In this document: in pieces, positions 1 through 12,776 of the stretch
Numbering within the stretch: position 1 is the first letter of the stretch
Layout: each line of letters begins with the position of its first letter
Assembly (NCBI GenBank): GCA_964016885.1
Contig: OZ024742.1
Span: forward strand, 64,232,001-64,296,000
Length of the DNA: 64,000 bases
Origin: Eledone cirrhosa
Lineage: Eukaryota
Direction: 5' to 3'
Notes under the pieces: model-generated
The model's database searches: none
Seen by the model: the letters and a program-made list of their open reading frames with translations, nothing else
Told to the model about the DNA's origin: nothing
Translations under genes and position numbers: made by a program

Positions 1-289
1 TGTTTAACCTTTGTTAAGTTATGTTCCTAACACCAGCTTAATAATGAGAAAATAAGTTAGTTATATTATTTTCAAAAAGATTTTAAAATTATAGGCAGTG
101 TCTTTTATCAGAAATATAGTAATGAAAGTGTTAAACTTAAATGGCTGGTACAACATATAGGTGTGACTAAGAGTTTCCATGAGGTGGTTAAACAATTTAA
201 CATGAGGAACCAGATTAGAAAGGAATAACTTTGATTGTTGAGAGGGAGAGAGATGAAATGGGATGGATACACACACATATATATATATG

Positions 290-1640
290 GAACTTCTGGA
301 ACTCTCACAGTCTAATCTGGCCCTCGCAATTTGGATATATCCCTAACTCCAGCTGTTGTGATTAACTTATCGAGTTTACTGATGGCAGTTCATGGGTGGA
401 TGTTGTTTACCTTGACTTTGCTGAAGTGTTCAATTCTGTGCCACACAAAACACTTATGGCAAAACTCTCTGCAATGGGTGTGAAGGATGATCTTTTTAAC
501 TGGTTGAAGTCCTTTATTGTCAGTGGAAGAGAGGTAGTCACGGTTCTAGGACAGCATTCCTCACCATATGAGATGTCATCTAGAGTACCACAGGGGTCTG
601 TTCTTGGCCCCCTTTTGTTTGTGGCATATATTAATGACAGATGCCAACTTAAGGAATGCCACAGTACTGAAATATGCAGATGACATCAAGCTGTACTTTG
701 AGATAAAAAGGACAGATTCTGAACACTATAGATCTTGCCTGCAATCTGACCTGGACACAATGCAACAATGGATCACGAACTGGCAACTCAAGCTGACTGT
801 GGACAAGTGTACCACCATGCATTTTGGGAGTAAAAACCCAGCGTCCACATACTCCCTCCACAACACTAATATCAAGAAATCTTCTTGTAAACGTGACCTG
901 GGCATTACTGTCAGCAGCAGTGATTTGCGTTGGACGGAGCACGTCTCTAAAATTGTCAAGAAGGCCGAGGGTGTCTAGGCATCACTCAGCAAGACCTTTG
1001 TCAGCTATCTATTTAAAGCTGTATATAGCTATGGTGCGGCCACACTTAGAATTTGCATCACCAGTCTGGAACCCCTATCTTGTTCAGAACATTGACCACC
1101 TGGAAACTGTTCAGGGACATGGAACCAAGTGAATGCCCTCCATCAGGCATCTACCATACTCTGAACGCCTTGTTTCCCTGGGCATGGATACATTGAAGCA
1201 CCGACGTCTGGCAACTGACTTGGTAAACAGCCACAGAATTATTAACCATCTTGCCAACAACAACCCTGAGTACCTTTTTGATTTCCATGTGTCTAACACA
1301 CGTGGGCATGCCAACGAAGTCAGAAAACAGCACAGCTCCCATGACTTTCGGAAACATTTTTTCATGCTCAGAGTTGCTGAAGCATGGAACAAACTACCTG
1401 CATCAGTTGTTAGCTGTCGAGACACTGCATCCTTTAAAACCTCCATGCTTCCTGAGTTTCACCAACACTACACCTAATATTCCCCCTCCATACACACGCA
1501 CATATGTATATCATGACTCATACACTATTCACTTTCTTGACATTTGTATATTATTCTATGTACTATACATGCACCTTTGATGAGTTGTAGTGCACCTGAG
1601 CACTGTACACAATAATTTCATTATTATTTTATTATTATAT
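290..1640 (+). mobile_element. 5'-truncated CR1-clade LINE (frameshifted reverse transcriptase C-terminus plus 3' UTR)
   Basis: Fragments DVVYLDF..FNSVPH, VPQGSVLGPLLF, YADD, RDLGI, VRPHLEFASPVWNPY, TRGH..FF.LRVAEAWNKLP across shifted frames; 3' stem-loop GTGC-ACCTGA-GCAC and (ATT)n tail. Confidence 0.92.
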
Positions 1641-1660
1641 AGATACACACACATATATAT

Positions 1661-1952
1661 ATATTGTTATACTTTGGGAGAGTCATGCTGCCAATAAAAA
1701 CACATGCACCAGTTGGTTTTCACTTCAATTTATTATAAACTTCCAGCTCACAAAAACAAGATGACATAGGACAGAACAATGGGCACACACAAAATAACAA
1801 AGGTCAGAGAATGTGTGACTTCAGGATCTTTGACAACAAACAACCATCTGGTTATTAAAGTAACCAACTAGAAGTTTATAATAAATTGAATTAAAAACCA
1901 ATAGGTGTGTGTATTTCTATTGGCAGCCTGACCTCCCAAAGTATAACAATAT
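1661..1952. repeat. TA-flanked insert with about 82-bp imperfect inverted arms (Penelope-like inverted structure or MITE)
   Basis: 1661-1742 is the reverse complement of 1872-1952 (atattgttatactttgggag...tttattataaactt). Confidence 0.7.
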
Positions 1953-2006
1953 CTGTTTCAACACATTTTCAGATAAGAAATATTGCAAAACAAATACAAA
2001 AACGAA

Positions 2007-2042
<36 letters not shown>

Positions 2043-2579
2043 AAGCGTACTGCTGATTAAAATTATTCCCTCATTTGAAATTTGTTATCAATGCAAAGAT
2101 TGATGAATGCCTTCACTTCACATTGTGTGACATACAGCATGTAGTCATTGGCACAGAGGGCTATTGAGGTGGGGAAAACTACTACTCACATGCTTAATAA
2201 TAATAGTTTCAGTTATAATAATGGTTTCTGATTTAGGCACAAGGCCAACAATTTGGGGGGGAGGGGAAGTTGGTTGAATCGACCCCAGTACGTTACTGGT
2301 GCTTTATTTTATCGACCCCCATAAGGATGAAAGGCAAAGCTAACCTCAACTCAAATCATAAAGGAGTGTAACTCTACGCCGTAAAGCATGTTGTCCAATG
2401 TTCTACCGATACAGCCAATCCACAAAGTTGCCGACAGGATTTGAACTCAGAATGTAGAGTTGGAACAAATACTGCAAAGCATTTGTTTAATGCCCTAATG
2501 CTGCAGCTTGATATCTAGCAATCAAAATACTGACAGAAGAACAACTAAATGCTGAATAAATAGAAGAAATAATGTTGAT

Positions 2580-3045
2580 GACCTCCATGCTTCCTGAAAT
2601 TCGCCATGTGTGTATCATGACTCGTGCACTGTTCATTTTACTGATGTTTGTGCATTGCCCTATGTACTGTACATGCACTTTTTTGATGAGGTGTGGTGCA
2701 CCTGGGCACTGTGCACAATATTTCGTTATTGTTATTATATCATGACTCATACACTGTTTATTTTCCTGACATTTGTACATTATTCTATGTACTATACATG
2801 CACCTTTGATGAGTTGTAGTGCACCTGAGCACTGTACACAATAATTTCATTATTATTATTATATTACTACACCTGATACCCCCCCCCCTCCATAAACACG
2901 CACACATGTATATCATGACTCATACACTGTTCACTTTCCAGATATTTGTACATTATTCTATGTAGTATACATGCACCTTTGATGAGTTGTAGTGCACCTG
3001 AGCAATGTACACTATAATTTCATTATCATTTTATTATATTATATG
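2580..3045 (+). mobile_element. Three tandem copies of the CR1 3' UTR
   Basis: Repeats of tatcatgactcatacact...gatgagttgtagtgcacctgagcactgtacacaataat(att)n, the same sequence as 1500-1640. Confidence 0.85.
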
Positions 3046-4084
3046 ATAATGATGATGGTGATAATAATAATAATAATAATAATAAAGATGACAATAATAA
3101 TGTAAAAATCTTTAACAACACCTTTGGAAGAGTGTGTACTGAATTAACGATGAAACCATAGTTGATTCACCTAGTAGAAATAACAGTCAAATCACCACCT
3201 ACTTTCTTAAAAATAAATAAGAAGAGAGAACACATTAGCTAGTGTAATCCAAAACATACTATGTTGGGGTGGTCTGTGTGATCAGGGTTTAGCTGGGGTT
3301 AAACAATGACTGCTGCTGCATATAAGTGACTGGTATACAGAATTTTGCTAGGTGGAGGAGGAGAGGGGCAATTTCCAAAGTGATAAGTAAATGTCATGAA
3401 CTATTGTAAAGAGGTAGAGAGATTAATAATAAACTAGAAAGATTAGCATTGAAAGGAGATTCATGTCCCTCTAGCAATCAGCTGCAACAACAGGCAGTTC
3501 ACTTTTTTAAAATAGATCAAATCTGTGCCACAAGAAGAAGAAGATAGATATTTAGACAGCCAATGCCTTTTATCATCCAATGATAGATAAACTCAATTTG
3601 ATTTTGTTGTTTCCAGAGAAAACTAATGTAGAGGTTTGTGCAATCAATGTATGTCACAGAAAAATTACATAAATATGGAGAAATATAGAAAACAGTTACT
3701 GTATATACTTATGTATAAGTCACACAGATAGATAAGTTACATCTTCATTTTACATACAGCATTCTTGGTTGTTTATGTATTTAGTTTAGAATAGGTACAC
3801 CATATCCCTGTGTGTTGTAAGATGTAATATATATATATATGTGTGTGTGTACATATATATATATATATATGTATATACAGTTTATATATATGAAATGGTG
3901 GAATCCAAACACAGAAAATAACTGCAACAACAGTCAACCGCTATCAATAATAATAGCTTTAGAAAAATTGGGTATAATACCTTTTGGGACAGAAAAAGAG
4001 TGGGCAGCAGCCACTCCATATATATTGCTTTATGTATCCAGTTTGGAATAGATGCACCACATCCCTGCATGTTGTAAGAGGTGC

Positions 4085-4129
<45 letters not shown>

Positions 4130-4489
4130 TTAAACACAAGTATATCAAGTAGATTACATAACAGTGTTAGGAAATAAATCTTTTTTTAAAAATGTATAGA
4201 AAGTAGTTTCTTTTTTTTTGCTTTTTCTTTGGTAGAGAACCACAGCAATTTATAGGTAAATAAGTAGAAGTAGTAAGAGAGGTTTAGATTTTTTTCTTTT
4301 GTTTTTGTTATGAAGGTGAAAAAACAGTTGAGAAAGAGAGAGAGAGAGAGAGGAGAAATAGAGAAAAAGAGAAGAGACAGATACAGAGAGAAGTGGGGAG
4401 AGCATGTTGAAGAAATTCTTTGATGGAAACCATTTCTGAAAATAGAAAATGAAAATAAATGAATATATAGATTCTAATCAAACACAATA

Positions 4490-4770
4490 CCCCATCCCTC
4501 ACTGACCACACAACATCACTAACATCAGCACCACAAACAACATTACCATCACTAACCACCGATAATACCTCCCCCATCTCTCACCGACCACGCAACAACA
4601 CCAACATCACCAACAACGTCATCAACACCAGCATCACAAACAACATTACCATCACCAACACCAATAATACCTCCCCCATAACACCAACATCACTAACGTC
4701 ATCAACACCAGTATCACAAACAACATTACCACCACCAACACTGATAATAGCTCCTCCATCTCTCTCTCAG
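4490..4770. repeat. Degenerate C/A-rich tandem repeat
   Basis: About three recurrences of cacaaacaacattaccatcac. Confidence 0.65.
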
Positions 4771-6479
4771 ACTACACAGTAGAAAAAGGCCACAAAATTG
4801 AGTTTAAGAAGAAGCCTATAACATTTTATATCAACTGTCAGTATTGATCTGGTAATTATATTATTGATCCCCCAGAAGAATGAAAAGCAATGTCAACCGT
4901 GGCAGGATTTGAACTTGGAACATAGTAAAGAAATACAGCTAAAAACTACATGGTATTTTGTCCAAATGATCTACTGATTCTGTACATTTACTGCCCTAAA
5001 ATAATATATAAATGCTATAAAGTGTTTAGCATAAAGGGCATCCAGCTGTAGAAAGCCAAGCCAAGAACAAAACATGTGGCAACCCATCTAACCAACACAA
5101 ACATGGAAAATAAATGTATAATGATAATAATCATGCCAATGAGGAAACCTATAAGTGCTGATTTGATCTGTTAGAAATAGCAGCTAAATATCCCTCATGT
5201 GTTATGTCTGAATAAAAGACAGATAGTCTTTCATCATAGACCTGTTGGATCATGGCTGACCTGAGGCTAAACAACAACAAAGTACACATACTTTCTTTAA
5301 TTGGTTCCTGCCAGTTAGTTGTAGCAACAATATAGAGGAGTTTTCTGATATCAATATATAGTAAAATATTTTCTGAAACATGAAGGGAGATCTTAAAGAC
5401 TGATGTTTACCTAGTCTCATGATATTAACTCTTAACATTCTGCAATGATTTAGCACAAAAGATCTAAAAACAGGTTTGTTAATTCAAATGTTTATAGTAT
5501 CTTTACCAGTGGACAGATCATTGTGAAAATTTGTAGTATTAGAGTAAATATTAAACATGATGTAGTCACAGTGCTGTTTAATACTTTTGAAGAATGTCTT
5601 GCTAATGTGGTTTGTTGATTCAAATATTTATAGTATCTTTGCTAGAAGACAGATCATTGCGAAAATTTACAGTATTAAAGTAAAGGCTTTAATGTTTAAC
5701 ATGATGCAGTCGTTTCAAGAATGTCTTGCTAATGTGGTTTCAAGTGGTACAGTTGCCACTGTATAACAGGTAATGCTCCTCCATGATCTGGTACAATAAG
5801 TTATAGCTAATCTATATGAGGTACCTACCCATGTGTAGCCACTCAACCAGGGGTACCTACCTAGGTATATCCAGTTTATACAGGGTACTTTCATGGTTTG
5901 GAGACTATTTACAAAATCACTGCTGCCACCACTACCACCTTCACAGATACCACCCAACAAAGTGACCAGTCTGGATAAAGGCCCTTCCATCACCCACAGT
6001 ATGCTCTTATTATTCTCTCCAAATACTTCTTGTTCTCTACAGAGATCTAATTCAATTTATGAAAACACCACAAAGAGCAATCATTCTAACTCCTCTAGCT
6101 ACCGAGTTTTCAGTTTTATTTCCAAAACCACAAAGGTACAAAAAACAGTCATAAACAGCTGACTTCTTCATAATGAGTCTCTCTCTCACTCTCTGACCTT
6201 AATAACCACAGTGTAGTTTCCATCAAGTCAAGAGACCAGTGCTCTCCCACTATCTCTCTTTCTTGACTGTGGCTCATTCAATAGACAAAAATAAATTTCT
6301 TGTGATGATGGAGACTGAAAACATGTGGTGTATAGTTAGTGGCTAGAGGCTTGGAATACAGTAAATAAGATTTTATATATTTTATCAGTTAGACTGATGT
6401 GAAGAAAGGAGAAAGTTTTTCTCGGGTTGATCACGTGATCAAATATTTGCAACAGTCAACCCTACTGAAGGCATCTAAA

Positions 6480-6940
6480 GGTCAGGTGGTGGTGTTAAAC
6501 AAGCTGAGATTGTCTACCACCCAATGGCCAGGTGGTGGTAGTGATGCTAGCCTGGGAAACAAATTAAGTCTACCATTCAAGGACCAGGTGATGGTATTAA
6601 ACAGGATGTCAAATTAAGTCTATCACCCAAGTACTATTTGGTGGCAGTGGTGATCTTAAACTGACCAACAGATTAAGTTTACTACTCAAGTATCAGACGC
6701 CATAGGTAATATTAAACAGGATGTCAAATTAAGTCTACCACCCAAGTACTAGTAGGTGGCAGTGGTGGTGTTAAACTGACCACTCAAGTATCAGGTGGCA
6801 GTGGTAATATTAAACTGGGTGTCAGATTAAGTCTACCACTCAATTAGCAGTTGATGGTGATATTAAACTGTGTGACAAATTATGTCTACTACCCAAGCAC
6901 CATGCGGTGGTGTTAAACTGGCCAACAGATTAAATCTAGC
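6480..6940. repeat. Degenerate minisatellite of about 50 bp; a related inverted copy lies at about 23870-24030
   Basis: Recurrent ggtggtgttaaac...attaagtctaccacccaag. Confidence 0.7.
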
Positions 6941-7128
6941 ACACAAGAACAGGTAGAGTACATCCAATGAACTTCCATACAGTTTCACTGTATTAAATTC
7001 ACTCACAAGGCTTAGATTGGCCTGGCACTAAGGATGAAACCTAAAACCATGTGGTTGTGAAGCAAACATTCTAACCACACAGCCATCAAGATTTAGAGGA
7101 GTACAGTTAAAATTGTGGATATTTTTAC

Positions 7129-7918
7129 TGCTTACCAGTTAAACAAAACATGATTTAATATAACTTTAGCTTGTCAAATATTGCTTACCTGGTAAACATG
7201 ACATGATTTAATGTGACTTTAGCTTGTCAAATATTGCTTACCTGGTAAACATGACATGATTTAATGTGACTTTAGCTTGTCAAATATTGCTTACCTGGTA
7301 AACATGACATGATTTAATGTGACTTTAGCTTGTCAAATATTGCTTACCTGGTAAACATGACATGGTTTAATGTGACTTTAGCTTGTCAAATATTGCTTAC
7401 CTGGTAAACATGACATGATTTAATGTGACTTTAGCTTGTCAAATATTGCTTACCTGGTAAACATGACATGATTTAATGTGACTTTAGCTTGTCAAATATT
7501 GCTAACCTGGTAAACATGACATGGTTTAATGTGACTTTAGCTTGTCAAATATTGCTTACCTGGTAAACATGACATGGTTTAATGTGACTTTAGCTTGTCA
7601 AATATTGCTTACCTGGTAAACATGACATGGTTTAATGTGACTTTAGCTTGTCAAATATTGCTTACCTGGTAAACATGACATGGTTTAATGTGACTTTAGC
7701 TTGTCAAATATTGCTTACCTGGTAAACATGACATGGTTTAATGTGACTTTAGCTTGTCAAATATTGCTTACCTGGTAAACATGACATGGTTTAATGTGAC
7801 TTTAGCTTGTCAAATATTGATAACCTGGTAAACATGACATGGTTTAATGTGACTTTAGCTTGTCAAATATTGCTTACCTGGTAAACATGACATGGTTTAA
7901 TGTGACTTTAGCTTGTCA
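7129..7918. repeat. 53-bp tandem array, 15 copies, overlapping the nicalin stop codon
   Basis: Unit tgcttacctggtaaacatgacatg(a/g)tttaatgtgactttagcttgtcaaatat; units start at 7129, 7182 ... 7871. Confidence 0.97.
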
Positions 7919-7965
7919 GACATTTGGACAGACTTTTGCAAAAAACCTTTCAACAGATGGAAATT
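7897..7965 (-). CDS. NCLN: Nicalin last coding exon with stop codon
   Basis: Acceptor ctttctcttctccag; [22 protein letters not shown]. The KLKSH end fits a KxKxx dilysine ER-retrieval motif, comparable to human ...KAKTQ. Confidence 0.85.
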   Translation of the reverse strand, partial: NFHLLKGFLQKSVQMSDKLKSH

Positions 7966-10900
7966 CTGGAGAAGAGAAAGAAAATATTAAAGTAAGTTTT
8001 AAAATGAAATGAGACCACACATACACACATTGTTTAATCATCAGTGTGTGTGTGAGTGTAAGAAGCTTCTCCATTTAGAATAACTAGAACATAAATAAGG
8101 TTTGTTAAGTAGAAACTTCATACAATTATTATTATGGATTGGCAGGATCATTAGAGGGTCGGACGCCATGCTTTGCAGCATGGAGTTACGTCCCTTTACG
8201 ATCTGAGTTCAAATCCCGTCGAGGTTAACTTTGCCTTTCATCCTTATGGGGTCGATAAAATAAAGTACCAGTAATGCACTGGGATAATTGCTGGCCTTGT
8301 GCCAAAAGTAGAAATCATTATTATTATTATTATTATTACACAAGGCAGTGGATTGGCAGTATTGGTAAAGGGTCAGACGCCATGCTTTCCAGCATAGAGT
8401 TACGGCCCTTGCCATTCTGAGTTCAAATCCTGCCGAGGTTAACTTTGCCTTTCATCCTTACGGTGTCGATAAAATAAAGTACCAACAATGTACTGGGTAA
8501 TTGCTGGCCTTGTGCCAAAAGTAGAAACAATTATTACATAGGCCAGTGGATTGGCAATATCGGTGGAGTGTTGGATAAAATGCTGAGTGATATTTGTTGA
8601 CTACGTTCTGAGTTCAACTTTGCACTCCCCCGCAAATTGCTAACCTTGTGCCAATGTTAGAAAGAATTAATATTATGGATTAGTAGTATCAGTAGAGCAT
8701 CAGACACCATGCTTTGCAGCATAGAGTTATATCCCAAGGTTAATAGCCACATAGTTTATGTTCATATAATGTGTGCAAGAGAACAAATGTTATTAGTCTA
8801 AAACAGCCACTTCACTGTTAATAAGTTCACCTACTGAATCCTCAATATTTTTATGTCAGTTTTTCCATGCTGGCATGGGCTTGACAAGATCTTTTGAAGC
8901 AGTATTCTAAGCCTGGATGCTCTTCCTTTACTTGTTTTTAAGTAAAGTACTGATTTTTATGTCAAACCACAGGGAGATAAACAAACGTCACTACAGATGG
9001 CGACACATTCACACAAATGTATAGTTTCGGTATTCTAAATACACTCCCAATTAAACCTATTTACTCAACTTTTATATACAATGTGAAAATAGTGAGAAAA
9101 ATGCTGACCAAACTGAAAAATAATTAAAACCCCTTTTAGATCCCATTTGAATAACATTTTTCTGAGGTATGTCAATGCTGCTGTTTGTTACCACCATCAT
9201 CATACATCAGCTTTCCATGTTGGCATAGGTTGAGCAACCTGACTCACTCATTACATTCCCTGTTTGGCATGGTTTCTATGGTGAATGCCCTTCCCAATAG
9301 CAACCAACTTATTGGGTGCATTTTTCATAAAAATAGTACTATCAATTTACAAAGTGGATCGTGCCGCGCCATCGAGGCCGAAACAAATGAGATCGTGTAG
9401 GTGTCACGACAAAAAAACACACAGTCCACGCTGTAATGTGGCCGTGTAGGCAACACGGTAAAAACCTCCCAGACCCACACTGTAAATGTGGTTGGTGTTA
9501 GGAAGGGCATCCAACTGTAGAAAACCTGCCAGACAGTCCTATGCGAGCAAGACAATCACTCTTGCCTCAAGTGGGAAAACCCCCGTCCAAACCCATGCAA
9601 GCGTGGAACACGGACGTTAAACGTTGATGATGATGATGATGATGATCGAGTGCATTTTATAACACTAACACTTTACAGGGTGTACTGGGTGTATTTTATT
9701 GTAGCAACATCATTTTTATGACTATTATTCTGTGCTGGAATGAGTTGGAGAAGTTTCTATTAAAGCAGTATTCTATAGCTGGTGCCTTTCTTTTTCAAAA
9801 ATATAGTAATTTGGTACAACTTAATGTAGGAAAGAGTAAGTGATCTTCTAGGTCTTTACAATAAAGTGTAGTAACATTGTATTCTCAAAGCCTTTAAGGA
9901 TTGTAGTAGTGTTGTAAGAAATGAGGTAATATTGTAAGCAATGTAGTACTGTTGCAAGGACTGTAGTAGTACAGTATAGATTGTAGTAGTAAGATTTAAG
10001 TGACTATTTTGTGATTTCAGGGTAGAAAGAAGTATGGAATATACTTACTTGGACAATAAGATAAACAACAGCTAAATAGGCTCCAATGCCAACAGCTAAG
10101 AAGAGATCAAAGATAGCTGGTTTCACACTGTAAATAGTATAAAGTATATAACATTTATAAAGTATTAAACATTAATATTTATAATTAATTTAATAATTAT
10201 ATTTCCTTGGGTGAGCCAGTAGAGATATTGCAGAGAATTTTTCCTTCAGAAGATAGAAGAGGTAAATATTCCAATTTGCAGCAGGAGAACTGGTCAGAGG
10301 AAATGTCCAGCAAATCCAAAGTAGGTTGGTCAATGTTGAAGAAAAACAGTTGAGCGCAATGATGTGAGTAAGTTCAGATAAGTTTCTTTTAAGTAGCAGA
10401 CCGCAGAACGAACGTGCATAAAAATGCCCAGCAAGTGACGTCAAATTTACGACGCAAGGTGTCGCAATTTTTTTACTGGCATTAATAAAGTAGCTCGTGG
10501 CTGAACTATTCTTTGAGATGAATAGCAATGAGTGTTTTAGTAAAATCCACCACGCGGGAAAATGACGAAACGAAGAAGACAAGATGGCTGCTCGAAAATG
10601 AAAGAGGAAGGCAGCAGTCGCCATATTGGTTGTTGGTCTTAAACAAAAGCTTGGTTGAATGAGAAAGACACGAGGTGTAATTTTCAGAAAAAGAAATATG
10701 TTAAAAAATGAAAGAGTCCAATTTAATGAATGGTTCGTAATAAGATGTAGCGAAAGTATAAACAGCCAAGTTAGAAGCATTTGAACGTTGTCACTACGTG
10801 AGGTGGGAATAGAAATTTTTTTTGTTTTTCTTCATTCTTCAGTTGGTGTTATTTTACGTTAGGGTGTCGCCATTTTAGTGGTTGGTGTTTCTGTACGTCG

Positions 10901-12665
10901 GGTCACCATTTTAGTGTTGGTGTTTCTGTACGTCGGATCACCATTTTAGTGTTGGTGTTTCTGTACGTCGGGTCACCATTTTAGTAGTTGTTGGACCCAG
11001 GATTATTTACTTGAGTAAATATCACCGGAATCCAACTACTAATTTTATACAGAAAAGGATAAGATATATTTACAAAACACCATATCGAATACAAGTCTTC
11101 ATTTGATTGTAACTCTGTTATAATTGTGGTACACAAATATCCTCGCACATATTTAGGTATAGTCCAAGCCCGTGATTAACATGTTCATCTTCCGTGTTGT
11201 CGGTTCGAAGGAAAGCGCCAAAGAGAGAATATATCTTCGGTGTAAACGCGCCTGGCCCAAGGCCAGGCAGCCAAAAGGTGAAAAGAGGAAGATAGCTTTC
11301 AGCTCTCTCCTTTATAGTTCCCTGGACGGAAGTCACAAAGAAGGTTCTGGAATTTCAACGGGAAGTAATTCCAGCTACTTCTTGTCCAGAGAGCGCTACA
11401 TATTTCCTAATACATGCTTACAGTCATACATATAAAAACAAATTAACTCCCAACCATTTCACTATATATCATTTCATATTTGCTTGTATATTAACTCTTT
11501 TGATACTGCTGTCTGATACTCTCCCTGGTTTGCTTTGAAGTGTTTATATTTATCTAAAAACTTGTCAGAATTTTATGTGAGAATCTTTGTTAAGTTATGC
11601 TCCAGAAATCAATTTAATAATGTTCAATAATATTGCAAAATCCCTCGAAATTCTTATTTTCAAAACTATTTGGAAACCATAAATAGGGTGTTTCATTGGA
11701 AAACATTAAACTACAAAGACCATGGTTTTCTCTGATAAATATTTGTTGACTCACACATTACAGACTCCACTGGCAGTATCGGTAGAGGGTCGGACAACAG
11801 GCTTTGCAGCACAGAGTTACGCTCCTTTCTGATCTGAGTTTAAATCCTGCCGAGGTTAACTTTGCCTTTCATCCTTACAGGGTCGATAAAATAAAGTACC
11901 AGTAATGCACTGGGATAATTGCTGGCCTTGTGCCAAAAGTAGAAACAATTATATTACACAAGCAAGTTTTCTTCTTCAAAGACAAAAGCTAATTCATTCT
12001 GGAAATCTGCTAAAATTTTACAAATGTAAAACATTTTTTTGTAAATATAGCTGATGCTAAATAATTGCTCAAATCTCCAAGTCATACTCATCATGAGTCC
12101 TTTTTTGAGGCAATATTTTACAGTTGGGTGTCCTTCCTGACACCAAACCTTTTAGTCACCTCTTACAACATGCAGTGATATGGTTTACTATTACTAAACT
12201 GGATACATGAAAGTTACAGACTATATAAATATATTATCACTGTATGTTACTGTATATATATATATATATATACAGAATTGAACGAACATTATTCTGCCGT
12301 CACAGAACTAAAACCCTTTTTTCCCACTACAAGCCGAATATTACATAAAAGAGGGACATCCCCCAACTATATAAACCTTAATCTAGTTAGAAAAATATAA
12401 AAACAATCTCTTCTCAACATATATTAATAACCTTAAATTACCATACTAATAATGAAAAGATATGCTGATGAAAATAGGTACAAATATGCGATAATGAATG
12501 TGTCTAAAAACGTCCATAAGTATGTATATATATGTGAAAATGTATATAAATAAGTAAATATATATATATGTTTGATGTGTATAGTTAGATGTAAGTGTAT
12601 TCATGTATTAAAGTGCTTATATATATATATATATATGTGTGTATGTGTATATGTGTGTGTGTGGG

Positions 12666-12718
<53 letters not shown>

Positions 12719-12743
12719 ATGTATATATATATATATGTGTATG

Positions 12744-12776
<33 letters not shown>

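Noticed and set aside
7129-7918. CRISPR-like regular array
   Set aside because: The units are contiguous with no unique spacers, there are no cas genes, and the context is eukaryotic.
8190-8225. tRNA genes suggested by GTTCAAATCC
   Set aside because: These are B boxes of tRNA-derived SINE heads with no complete cloverleaf.
10190-10780. 196-aa ORF as a gag or novel gene
   Set aside because: It has no recognisable motif and no ATG at the called start; it is most likely an LTR-element leader.
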